DNA from: Octopus vulgaris
Lineage: Eukaryota
Length of the DNA stretch: 64,000 nucleotides
Assembly: GCA_951406725.2 (NCBI GenBank)
Contig: OX597817.1
Span: 110,980,001-111,044,000 of the forward strand
Direction of reading: 5' to 3'
Both the position numbers and the translations under genes were made by a program. The notes beneath the pieces were generated by a model. The model was not told where the DNA came from. It searched no databases and was given only the letters and a program-made list of their open reading frames with translations. Positions 39,060 through 50,810 of the stretch are shown here, piece after piece (within the stretch, counting starts at the first letter, position 1; every line of letters begins with the position of its first letter).

Positions 39060-39565
39060 TTTTTGCTGTCTGTTAAGTCACAAGGTCCTCAGACACACAG
39101 CACTTAATGCAGTATGCATGCTGTTCAAAGTAAAGCAAATTTTTGCAATACACCAAAGTTGTAGAGTATTTCTAAAGTGTCCTGATGTTTCTTCAGTTTG
39201 GGTGGTATTGAGCCCAATGCTCCGATGACAACAGGAACAAACTTTGACTCTTACAGCTGTCACATCTTGGCAATCTCAATTTTCAAGTCTCCATATTTGT
39301 TGACCTTTTCTCTTTCTTTCATAACGATACATGGATCTCCTGGCACTGCTGAATCAATTGTTAAACACCCTTGCTTGTCTTGGCCTTCAGTGTTCTAACA
39401 CCTTGTCTGTCTGAAAGTCAAAGTCTCCGAGGATCTTTGTCTTCCTGTTTCTGTCCATTACTTTTTCCATTGTATGTTGGTACCAAGCTCCAGTTACCTT
39501 GTATTCATTCTTCCAGCACTTGTACTCTTTCTGGGCCAAACTTTCACAAGCACTTACTTGACCAA
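39060..39565 (-). pseudogene. R4/Dong-like non-LTR retrotransposon C-terminal restriction-like endonuclease fragment
   Basis: Minus strand VSACESLAQKEY...WYQHTMEKV...KILGDFDFQTDKVLEH*RP...IDSAVPGD...KEREKVNKYGDLKIEI...VPVVIGALGSIP, the typical RLE-domain motif order. Confidence 0.85.
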
Positions 39566-39916
39566 AAACCCTAATATCTGAATAATTAATATTAGAATTG
39601 AGTGCAAAAAGCCCCTGGTGTAAATTTGTTTTATAGGTATTTATAATTGATGTCATTAACAGACAGCATATTTTCTTATTTACCTGACAGTATATGACTT
39701 GTGGTCGATTTGAGTATAGCTCACAGGTGATGACTGAATGCTTAAGATGTTTGCTTTGCAATCACGTGGTTTTGAGTTTGAACTTACGTAGCATTTCGGT
39801 CTTGTGACTTTAGCATAGCCTTGAGTTGATCCAAATATTGCGAATAAAATAGAGTAGACAGAAACTATGTGAGAGCCTATCAAATAGTTTGTACATGTAA
39901 TTCAAAGTTCCAGCCA

Positions 39917-40112
39917 GTAAAGGGCACCCATGCTGGTGACATGTAAAAGACACCCAGTATGCTCTGTGGAGTGGTTGGTGTTAGGAAGGGCATCCAACCA
40001 GAGAATCCAAGCCAAAGCAACTGGAGCCTGATGCAACTCTTTGGTTTACCAGTTCTAGTCAAACCATCTAATCCATGCCAGCATGGAAAACGGATGCTAA
40101 ATGATGATGATG
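39917..40112 (+). mobile_element. RTE 3' UTR fragment
   Basis: gagtggttggtgttaggaagggcatcc...ccatgccagcatggaaaacggatgctaaatgatgatgatg. Confidence 0.85.
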
Positions 40113-40254
40113 TGTCAGCTTGAAAATTGCCTTTGTCTGCTGTAGAGATTTTAGTCACTGGTTCATCATCAAATGTGTTGAAGGATCTATCATGTTGTCT
40201 TAATTTCAAAATCCTCTATGCAAATAGAATGTAATTTTATCCATGTTAAAGCTT

Positions 40255-40567
40255 CAGCTGGCAGAAACGTTACACGCCGGGTGAAATGCTTTGCAGTATT
40301 TCCCTACGCACTGGGGTCGATATAATCGACTTAATCCGTTTGTCTGTCCTTGTTTGTCCTCTCTGTGTTTAGCCCCTTGTGGGTAGTAAAAAATAGGTAT
40401 TTCGTCTGCCGTTACGTTCTGAGTTCAAATTCGCGAGGTCACTTTCCTTTCATCCTTTTGGGGTCGATAAATTAAGTAGCAGTTACGCACTGAAGTCGAT
40501 GTAATCGACTTAATCCTTTGTCTGCCCATGTTTGTCCCCTCTATGTTTGGGCAATAAACAAATAAAT
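40255..40567 (+). mobile_element. young F-related SINE with duplicated 3' module
   Basis: F head gctggcagaaacgtta..cgccgg. tacgcactg..gtcgat.taatcgacttaatcc.tttgtctg occurs twice (40306 and 40484). CpG-rich. Confidence 0.85.
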
Positions 40568-41269
40568 ATTCTTTTAGTTTGTTAAAACTGTTGGAATTTG
40601 TAATAGTCACTGTTTACATGTATTTATTTATTTATTTAACACTTATATTAATCATTATTCAAACCCCAGTTCTTTGTCTTGTATTTATTTTATCAATCTC
40701 TTATCAAATCGACTTCGTCTCTTCTTGATTGAAGGGATATAACTCAGCACCTGCATATATTTTTTATCGATGCATTGATTTATCAACCATCCCTCATTCA
40801 CACATGCACAATGAATTTTTGCACAGTTTCTGTTTGCCAATTCTGCAGTGGGATTGAAACCAGAATCTAGTGGATATGAAGTGAATTTCTAAACCACACA
40901 GCTATGCTTATCTCCATTGAGGATTTTATTTTCTATAGAAAGATGACAATTTCACTACTACTTAGTTCCTACTTTGTTTTTCAGTATAGAAGTACCAAAT
41001 AATAATTTTTAGCAAACTTTTTTTTTTTCAGATGTGATTGAATTGTCTAAAATTTAGAAAGATAAGTAAATAAATTCCTCTGATTCCTATTCATAAAGGC
41101 AAAGATGGATATAAAATAACAAATTTTCCAGATTTCTACTTCAAGGAAGCAAAGCTCTTAGTGTTTATAAAATGGTGCAGAACGTTTATCTTCTGTTGGG
41201 TATGTATGTATGTGTGTGTGTGTGTGTATGTATGTATGGCCCCACTGTGGCAGAGTTTTGAGAACTGAA

Positions 41270-41540
41270 ACCCCATTTTGTTGGCAACCCTCACCAAAGC
41301 AAGTTAATATATCCCTTTTAGTCAGACATGCTGTTCACGGAATACTGCAAACTCAACATTGCTTATATGTCTATGATGTCAAGACAAAGGCACAAACACA
41401 CAAACACATCAGATTCTTTCAGTTTCTGTGTACCAAATCCACATGCACAGCTTTGGTTGGCCTCGAGCTTAAAGCTCAACATACTGCACAGTGGAACTCA
41501 GGCCGAAACCATATGCTTGGGAGGCAAACTTTTTAGCCAC
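41270..41540 (-). mobile_element. degraded A2-type SINE
   Basis: ttctttcagtttctgtgtaccaaatccac core plus agttaatat...cagacatg..gttcacggaa, matching the A2 middle segment. Confidence 0.6.
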
Positions 41541-41686
41541 TGTCTGCAGATGTCTGATTAGGTGAACTTGTACTTTCTCCATGAAATTTTTAGTAGTGTA
41601 GAATTGCTTCAAACTTATTAAATACATATAATGCCAACAAATGTTTTGAATGATAATTTCTTTCATTTGTTCGCAAGCTCATGTTT

Positions 41687-41711
41687 TGTGTGTGTGTGTG
41701 TGTGTGTTTGT

Positions 41712-41753
<42 letters not shown>
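41687..41753. repeat. (TG)n(AG)n compound microsatellite
   Basis: Seen directly. Confidence 0.95.
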
Positions 41754-41754
<1 letters not shown>

Positions 41755-42316
41755 TAATAATACACACTCATAACTAGATTGGAAGATTAAAAAAGTGAAG
41801 ACTTGTTGTTTCACAACTGATTGTTAGAGGGAGGTAACTTTTACACTACCAATTATAACCCAAGCTCGAGTTCATAAACGAAGCATGAATTTTGAGGAGA
41901 CAGAGAATCTTTCTGTCATATAAACTCATTAATTTTATTATGAAAGTAGAGAATAAAAAGAGGAATCTTCATTTGTTCGTTTTTCTTCTTCCTTCTATTT
42001 TGTTTTTCTTTATTTTCTATTCAGTCTCTATGTCGTTACTTTATTTAAACACCTGGATGTTAAAATGACGTAAATTGTCAACACAAATGATCGCTAGTTC
42101 GTAAACATGAAACTAATTATCGCTGTCGGTAGAGAAAAAAGTATATAAATTACTATATTGTTCGAACGACTTTGAAAATTATAATTACTATATTCTTTTG
42201 CAAGAAATAATTTGTTGTCCAGGTTGTATATAGATAAAGTACAAAATTGCTGCCCTAGTAACTATTTATTTATTTTTCCGTGTTAATTGTTAACAAGGTA
42301 AAAATACACTCATCTA

Positions 42317-42360
<44 letters not shown>

Positions 42361-43146
42361 TATGCAAGCATGACGAATTCGCCGAATTGTTAGGGCGTTA
42401 AATAGATTACTTTGCAGCTTTTGTTCTGGATCATTTGTACCGCATAGGTTAATCTTGTCATCCGGTCATCCACTCTGTCAGAGTTGATAAAGTACCAGTT
42501 CTAGGGTCGACCCCCATCCCTTTCTCTCTCTCTCTCTCTCTCTCAGTATATATATATATATATATATATATCACACAAATTGCCTCTAGTCAGACGAGAG
42601 AAGAGGGTTGACCTCTCAGGTTTGAATGTTCAAGGCACGTCGTATTATGTGACCACAACATATGTAAAGGGAAATAAGTGCTTATTATGGACAGGGCTGA
42701 CTTTGCAATACAAGGGAAATAACTCTTTATAACGCATTGTTCAACCTTTACGTGTAATAACTCAAACTGTATATTTCCAATTAGATATAGAACAACTGTT
42801 TTATTTATAGCGCTGTTTTATTAGTATACTGTTATTATTCTTTCATTATGTATACACAGAAAAACTAAACTCATCGTTTTTTAAAATTCTTAGCCTAATC
42901 AATATTATGTCTCCAGTATGTCATAAGCCTGTTCAAAGAAGGCTTTTATACAAACTTTGTTTCTGCTCGCCGTCTGATCCCTTAATCACTGCTGTCCAAG
43001 GCGTTGTAAAGACAGTATCCATCTGTCAACGTTATTCGACACTATGCCGCATTTTCGTACCCAATGCAAAATAAGATATCTATATTTTAAGCAATTATTT
43101 ACTCTTGTAGAAAGGAATCAATGATAGGATATTATAATTCATAACA

Positions 43147-43985
43147 GTCTTCCCTACTGAGTGAAAAGTTAGTCACGGTGCATTCAAAACGTATAGTCCT
43201 TTAGATAAAAAGGGGTCTTTATAATTCGTCCTGATCTCAGTTTTCTCGTCTCTTTTTGTCCTTGAATAGTTGGCGAGCAAAGTAGGGAGAAATCGTCTCC
43301 AACAATTTAACGTTTTCTGCAAGAAGATACCCCCCCACCTTATTTCTGAGATGTCGACGATGCAGTATTGTGCTTCCGATATTCTGGAAGAATTCAGGTA
43401 GAATGGTTCCCACTGTCGATGATCTTGAAAATCTAAACATTCGCTCATGAGGGCTTGTGTTGGTAGCTGTTAACCATTGTCTTTTATCTAGTTGTAGTGA
43501 ACTAAGTGCTAGATTTATGGTCTTCATGAGGGTACCGTTGGTCCTTTTACATTGGCAATTGGCTTGAGGTCGATAGAGAAATGTTCTAGTTTTTATTGTC
43601 CCATTAGCGTGAAGGAAGTCCTGGAGCTTTTTATTACCAAATTGGGTTCCTCTGTCAGAGTGAATACGACTTAGTGATCTAAATAATGAAAGGGGTTGAG
43701 CAGGTGGGAAATTACTGTTTTGGTACTCATGTCTTTGCATGGGTATATGGATGGGTAACCTTGAGTACTCATTGCCTATTACCAATAAGTAGCGGTATTG
43801 TGTGGTTGATGGCAGGGTTCCAACAAAGTCTCCTGATGATGGATTGGTGTTTTCTATTTTTGAAAGGGACCTTGAATAGAAGGCCACTGGCCTTCTTTGT
43901 TGTGATAGTGTCCCTCCCAAGGCCAGGTTGGAAGCATCTGTTTTGATGGTAAGTGGTATTCCAGGTTGTGGAACAACAAGTATGG
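43147..43985 (-). pseudogene. Ty3/gypsy pol remnant (RNase H N-terminal part fused to integrase core)
   Basis: PLTIKTDASNLALGGTLSQQRRPVAFYSRSL (RNase H), then DFVGTLP...YLLVIGNEYSR, IHSDRGTQF and YRPQANCQCKRTN (integrase; catalytic Glu appears as Lys). PPT-like gtagggaagac precedes TGTTA at 43146 on the minus strand (possible 3' LTR start). Confidence 0.9.
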
Positions 43986-44052
43986 CATTCATGAGGGAAC
44001 CGTTGGTCCTTTTACATTGGCTATTGATGTAGGTCTCATTGGAGTGATCACT

Positions 44053-44350
44053 AGTGATCACTCCAAACACCATGCTGTTGACGGGATGTTTGATTTTTAT
44101 CATTCTCGGTACTTGTCTTCAGATGGACACCAAACACTCTGAAATATTCATATTGGAGCTTCCAGCATGAATGCCAAGCAGTACAGCATGTTATTTCCAA
44201 ATTTCTGCTGGAGTGAATTGCATCATGGTGCTATTTTTCTCATAGATGGTGCCCAACTAACCCTACTATACTGTGTAGTTGACAAAATCAAAAACAAACA
44301 ATGTGTGAAATTTCAAATATAAAATTGCAACAATTTATCCATTGCACCTG
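44053..44350 (-). mobile_element. DD37D-type transposon 5' end, internally deleted
   Basis: MIKIKHPVNSMVFGVITSD resembles KTKHPxxxMVFGVVTSDG of maT transposases. Terminus caggtg...gataaatt next to TA at 44351-44352. Confidence 0.65.
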
Positions 44351-44382
44351 TATATATGTGTGTGTGTTTGTGAGTGTATGTT

Positions 44383-44755
44383 ACCTGTGGAAGAGGTAGG
44401 CCCAGGAAGACGTGGAATGAGGTGGTTAAGTATGATCTTTGGATGTTGAGTCTCATAGAGGTGGTGACAAGTGATCGAGACCTTTGGAGATTTGCTGTGC
44501 TTGAGAAGATATGTCAGGTTAAGTGAAATCATAGTCATGGCCACTGTCATTGAGACATAAGAGGCACCTGTGTTGGTGACACATAAAAGGCATTCAGTAT
44601 ACTGTGTGGAGTAGTTGATGTTAGGAAGAGTATCCAGCCATAGAAACCATGTCAAAACTGACTGGAGCTTGGTGCAACTCCACTCCCTGGCTTACCAGCT
44701 CCAGTCAAACCATCTTACCCATGATAGCATCGAAAACAGATGCTAAATGATGATG
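44383..44755 (+). mobile_element. 5'-truncated RTE-clade LINE (ORF C-terminus plus 3' UTR)
   Basis: 44383-44526 encodes TCGRGRPRKTWNEVVKYDL...SDRDLWRFAV...* (RTE C-terminal GRPRKxW...DRxxWR). 3' UTR ends aaatgatgatg. Confidence 0.9.
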
Positions 44756-44926
44756 GTGTGTGTGTGTTTCTGTTCTTGCTTTCATGCCTGTCTTTACAAT
44801 GACACTGATTATAAAACAATACTCTGGTGTTTGCCTCAAAATTTAGCAATATGACAAATATTGCTAAGTAACTGACTTAATAAGTACAAGGGTCAACATA
44901 ATTGTGTTCCACCATACAGACAACCT

Positions 44927-45182
44927 CATAATAAAATAAATAAATGCGCCCTTTTAAAGCCTATCCAGGCTCATGGGCCCGGTTTCTATGGCATATGTGT
45001 TCCCCAGCTGGACGGGATGCCAGTCCATCACAGCGTTACTCATTTTTGCCAGCTGAGTGGACTGGAGAAACGTGAAATGAAGTGTTTTGCTCAAGAACAC
45101 AACGCGTCGCCTGGTCCAGGAATCGAAACCACAATCTTATGATCATGGTGCTGACACCTTAACCACTAAGCCATGCGCTTCC
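44927..45182 (-). mobile_element. tRNA-derived SINE with 11-bp TSD, nested in a family A tail remnant
   Basis: Minus strand ggaagcgcatggcttagtgg...ggtttcgattcctgg...gatggactggcatcccgtccag...(ttta)n. TSD acaga(c/t)aacct at 44916-44926 and 45183-45193. Confidence 0.9.
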
Positions 45183-45929
45183 ACAGATAACCTAATGACT
45201 GAATGAAATAAAAAGATAAAAGAATGTGTGTATGCTATTTTATATAATGAATCTGAAGGGTTTCTTTTTCAAAATGTTGTAAAACTACTACCAATATTTC
45301 ATATTTAATTTGGTCAGCTAAGCATTATGTTGGTGTTTATTTTATTGACAATTGAAAATTGAACCTGGAATTTTTCCATAAATTTGTGAACCTGAAATCA
45401 ACATTTATCATTGCTTTGGTGATTCACTATAGAGTTAAGCATAAACTCTGAGGAAGTTTTAAAGGTCTGCAAGTACAAAATTTAGTTCTAAGCTGAAGCT
45501 TCATTATTTATGCAGTTAATGTCCTTAATGCAAGGCATAAATATAATATAACATTCTATCATTTTTCTGTTCTGAAAATTTGTGACAGTGTGTCTCAGTA
45601 AAATGTCAGTGAAAGAGAGAGAGAGAGAATTTGTGTAGGGACATTATTACCATAAACATTTTAATCATTATCATAAAAGATAGGGCAATATAGACAGAAT
45701 CAGTGCAACATCAAACAATATATTTTGTGTAATTTAGTCCTTTGGCTTTCTAAATTTAATATCTACTGAGATCAGCTTTGATTTTCATCCTTCCAAGGTT
45801 ATAAATATATAACTAGTCAAGGAATGGGGTTGATATAATCAACTGTTCCTTCTAAAATTTGTTTTTTTTGTGCCTATATAAGAGTCTTTTTTATAGAGAA
45901 CATAAATCAGTTAAACACCATTTGACCTA

Positions 45930-46128
45930 ACTGGCCCTCGTGCTAGTGTTACAAGCAGTTTTGTTGCATGTAAAAGCACCCACTACACTCTAGGAGTGGT
46001 TGGCGTTAGGAAGGGCATCCAGCTGTAGAAACTCTGCCAAATCAGATTGGAGTCTGGTTCACCAGACCTCAGTCAAATCATCCAACCCATGCAAGCATGG
46101 AAAGCGGACGTTTAACGATGATGATGAT
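45930..46128 (+). mobile_element. RTE 3' UTR fragment
   Basis: gagtggttggcgttaggaagggcatccagctgtagaa...gcatggaaagcggacgtttaacgatgatgatgat. Confidence 0.9.
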
Positions 46129-47528
46129 TTGGCCATATAAATCTTTACAATTGAAGCTGTTTCGTTAGTGAGTAATTGACTGGAAAGAAAAACTCAAACA
46201 GTATTTTATTTCCTTTTTCATTAATTTTAAAGTCTTATAGCTGACCAATACTATTCTTTCAATAAGTTTTCATCTTGTTTGTTCTTCGCATATACATCAG
46301 TGAAACAATATTGGTGATTCTTGTTTCAAACATTCTTGTGTGCAATGTATTAGAATAGGTTTCTGTCACATCATTTAGATAAATAAGAATTTAATTCAAC
46401 TCTATAGATTGTAGTGGCAATACTCTGTAACTAAAACATTGCTACCACAGTTTACTGCTATACTCTGTACCTATTCATGATACCTATTCTCAAGGGTGAC
46501 TGGGCTAGCAAGAGCTAAGTAATTGTTTTAGTCATAGACTCATTCATCAGGACAGGATATAAACTATCAATTCATAGCATGGCATTTTAACAACAATCTT
46601 TCAACGGTAGTCTCTCTTCTCTGGATATTTAAACTTATATATAATGGTTTTAAAATAATGTTATTATGAAGTTTGGGTCCTGTCCAAATATTATGTTGAA
46701 CAGTTAGAGTAAAAGAGTACATTAAAAGTACATGTTATGCAACTGTATATCTTAGGAGGCAAAAAATTACTATTTATATTATAATTGAAACAAGACAGGG
46801 CTCTAAAGATAAGCGCTTCTGGAAAGCAAACCCCTTTTCTGTTGTTACTGATTTTTATCTAATACTAAGTTAAGTTTAGATGAACAAAAAAAGAAACAAA
46901 TTCTTCTGGGAGATGTCATGAGTTGGCAGATGGAAACATTTTATCAAGTAACAAGTTACTGCTTCCTATTTTCTAATGTCTCAGAGGATGTCACTATTTT
47001 TGTGGATGTATGATTCATTCGTTTGTTCATATAAATAAATAAATAAATAAATAAAATAAATAAATAAATGTATTCAGGTGTGAATGCATGCTATTGAAAT
47101 TTTTTAATTTTTTTTTTTTTTTTACAAGAGGAATAATATATACAGACAGTCTGGAAAAAGGAATGTTATCATATTAAATCTAAAGGCTAGCACACCTTAA
47201 TAAATCAAATTTATCTTCTGTTTGTTGCATTTTCCCTAATTACCTTTATTTTTCATGTTCAGCTTACTCAATTCATCAGATAATCAAGAGATATAAAGTG
47301 TCAGTTAAAGTGAAATTGCATTCTGTATAGACAGCTGGAAAGACATTTTTTTTTTTTTTTACATTAGTTTTTATTGATATTTTATGCTATGATAGTTATA
47401 GATATTCTAAAATATGATCTAATGATGATAATTGAGATATCAAGCACATGTACACATACACACACACACAATATAATTTGAGTAGTTTTGTAATATTTTT
47501 TTTTACTGTGACATGTTTATTTGACTTT

Positions 47529-47531
<3 letters not shown>

Positions 47532-47585
<54 letters not shown>
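47532..47585. repeat. (TA)n microsatellite
   Basis: Perfect TA run. Others at ~28790, 42319, 42547, 47703 and 53488. Confidence 0.95.
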
Positions 47586-47588
<3 letters not shown>

Positions 47589-47698
47589 TGAGAAGTAATA
47601 TGCTTATACATATATACACCCTTGGTAAAGAACATTATCAGGTAAAATCTAGATGTTTTCAGTCCTAATAAATCACCTCTACCTGCTATTTTATATAT

Positions 47699-47729
<31 letters not shown>

Positions 47730-47989
47730 TGCATTTAAAGATTTCATTCTACTCTTAAATGACACTGTTATTTTTGTACATATGCATAAAATCCAGTGTA
47801 AAAAAAATATTTATTAGTAATGCAGGCAGTGTTAATACTGAGAGGTAATATTTATCTCTAGTGGTAATATTTATCATGGATGTTCTGTTAGGACAAACTA
47901 TACTGTGGTAGTTTGCCATGAGAGAAACTCTCATATTGCCTTTTGGTGCAATAGATTATATATTCTTTGTCATATTTTCTATCAATATT

Positions 47990-48195
47990 AATTTTAAGTT
48001 TTGGTACAAGGTCACCAATTTTGGGGGAAGGGATAAGTCGATTACATCAACCTCAGGACTCGATTGTTACTTATTTTATCAACCCCAAAAGGATAAAAGG
48101 ATGAAGGGCAACATCTACCTCAGAATGTGAAGACAGACGAATTGCAACAAGTATTTCACCCACTGTGCTAATGATCCTGCCAGCTTGTCACCTTA
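47990..48195 (-). mobile_element. SINE family F
   Basis: aagtcgattacatcaacc...ttattttatcaacccc...ctgccagcttgtcacctt. Confidence 0.8.
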
Positions 48196-49529
48196 TATTT
48201 TCTGTCATCATTGCAATATTTAACTTCTTTAGTACCATTCATGTTCAACTGTTCCTTCCTAATCTGGAAGCTTCTAATAAGATATGACCTGTAGATTCTT
48301 TCCCTGGATATAGCAATCTTTGGATAGAATATTTGTTTTAATTTAACCTAATAAAAGGTAAAATATAACCTGGTTCTTCTTCATGAATAATAAGAGAACA
48401 TATCTAGTGAGCCATTAATTAGAGAACCAACAACACAAAAATGTTCGCTTCACTGGTTAGCAATAGCAGCCAAACTCCCCTCAAATCACAGTCTATTTTT
48501 AAAAAAGGGAAGGATACATTAGATAATGAGATCCAAGATACACTATTTTTATTTACCAAAAAAAACAAACAAAAAAACAATGATGATAGCTGGAAAACTT
48601 TTTTCATAGGCCTGCACAATCATGATGAACCTGAGGCTGGGCAAAAACAGTACAAATATAAAGTTTGCATGAGAAAATTAGTCCTAAAAAATAGGGGGTT
48701 TTTTTGTACTTTTGTTAGTTGTTTTGTTCTTAATTAAAAATATTGGCATTTATAAACTACATATGTAAAGGTGGTTGAGAAACTTGTTAAATAGCAGAAT
48801 CAAACATTGTGTCCTTGTCATTTGCAAAAGTCTGACACATGAAACTGATGGTTGTAATTGAGATAGAAAGATTTTAGAAGGCAAAACAAATTCCCCTTTA
48901 AATAACCCCACTAGGTACCATAATGATTTTTGGAAAAATTAAGCATTCAAACAGAGTAAAGTGAAATCCACTCTCATATTCCACTAGATGTTTCATGTTC
49001 CATTTCTGTCTTGTTTTGTTTTAGCTTTATTTTAAAGAATGTGTGTTCTTTGGGGAATTTTCAAAGAGGTAACAGTACATTGCATCCAGTAAATCATTTT
49101 GTGACAAAGTGAAATATTTACTCTTAAAAAAAAAACAAAAACAAAAACTAGTGCATGCCAGATTACTCAATAGATTACAGCTGTTATTCTTTGAAATATC
49201 AAGAGTTCTTTCTTGGACAGGAGTTTAACAGCTTTTGCTTTATATTGGTGTAGATATAGATCTCTTTGATGCGCATGTGCGCAACCACACACACAGTCAT
49301 TCATTCGTGCGTGCGTGAGTGTGTGTGTGTGTGTGTGGTTGGTGAGGGTGGGTTAATAAATTAACCTGTATTTACACCCACTTCTTTCTTATTATTTTCT
49401 ATTTAAAATTTAAACAAGTCATATAGGTTGTGATTCCTTATCCTTCTAAATGAAGAGAAAGAAGTCCTATGTATTATTTGTATTATTTATAGTTCCTTTC
49501 TGGCATCACAGAAAATCCAAACAGCTATG

Positions 49530-50095
49530 GCAGGTTATTTGATGTTCAAGTTTTGGTCACCAAGGAGGTCAACACAGGTCATAACAGAGGAAGTAAGACA
49601 GGCTGTCCATGGGAACTTCTCTATGGAAATGACCTAGTTCTCATAGGTGAATCTGTTGAAGAATTAGAGAATAAATTCCAAACATGGCAGTCTAATAAAA
49701 ACAAAACTTCAATTTAATAAGAAAGAATACAAAACTGTATTGCCATATAAAAAGAATTATGGTTAATATATAGAAAAGGAGTATGTAGGAATTCTATAGT
49801 TTACATAAACTATAGTTGAACAAAAGATTCGGTGAAATCACAGATAGGTCGACAGATGAGTCCATATGTAGTAGAATGCACACAAATAGTGCCCCTGTAG
49901 AGGTAATGGACAGTTTCTATTACCTATCCAGGTGGGTGGGGTTCAATGAATTATTATCATTTCTGAAAATAAGGGGATTCCTTTTTTTATTTTTTTGAAT
50001 GAAGAGTAGAGTCTATGATGTTTATACATGAAGTATAATGCTGCATGGAAGTAAAACATGAAAATTAAATGTATGATGTGTAAGTTGGAAAGCAG
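49530..50095 (+). pseudogene. degraded RTE reverse transcriptase fragment
   Basis: From 49595: KTGCPWELLYGNDLVLIGESVEELENKFQTWQ (PWELLYADDLVL). Downstream EVMDSFYYL and MLHGS motifs. Confidence 0.85.
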
Positions 50096-50109
50096 ATCAG
50101 TGCATTGAG

Positions 50110-50630
50110 AAAAATATTTGCTCTAACCCATCTTTTACACCAAGACAAAACATGTACATGATAACACTTCCAATCAGTTAAGATCAAAACCTATGAGAGT
50201 CACTGCTTAGTATTGCATCAGGGCATTTATTATTATTATTATTTTTGAGTGAGAGAGCAGTGCATGCCATCAAAGTGACAGTGGGATAAAATATATAATG
50301 CCCAGTATACCCACCATGACTACCCGTCTGATAAAAGTACACCAGGCATATGCATCACAACGACATGTGCATGACATAGTGATCTCATATCAAAATAAAC
50401 AGTGCAGGTGGGGCCAAGCTAGAATTTTCTTCAGGTCGAGTAGCCCATCCCGCTCGAAAGGTCCCTGAATAAGGGTTGTTTAAGGATGTTGAACAAAGTA
50501 CCCATTTTTCCAATGGTGAATTATCTAAACTCCAAAGAATTCTTCTCAACACATGGCTATGATGCTCCCCCACTACTTCTACTCGTGATCAGAGATGCAC
50601 ATATCAGCCACTAAGGGACATGCTCAGGGA
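50110..50630 (-). mobile_element. repeat family H with internal (AAT)n junction
   Basis: Shares ~100 bp with 35050-35130. An (ATT)n run at 50227-50243 separates two GC-richer segments. Confidence 0.7.
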
Positions 50631-50634
50631 CATG

Positions 50635-50810
50635 GTTTTTCATCTGTCTTTGATGTTCTGAGTTCAAATTCCACCAAGGTTGACTTTGCCTCTTATTCTT
50701 TTGGAGTCAATAAAATAATTACCAGTTGAGTACTGGGGGTCAATGTAATCGACTCTCCCCACTCCCCAAATTTCAGGCCTTGTGCCTTTAATAGAAAGAA
50801 TTATTATTAT
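50635..50810 (+). mobile_element. SINE family F (5' truncated)
   Basis: gttctgagttcaaattccaccaaggttgactttgcc...aaatttcaggccttgtgcc...(att)n. Confidence 0.85.

Noticed and set aside
46515-46552. Minus-strand ctgatga...gtctatgac..aaac resembling a hammerhead ribozyme core
   Set aside because: Extra bases after CUGAUGA, no GAAA, and no convincing stems I and III.
50170-50225. Short resemblance to U2 snRNA (atcagtt.aa.atc; gtattgca)
   Set aside because: Two short patches only, wrong spacing, no Sm site or branch-point recognition sequence.
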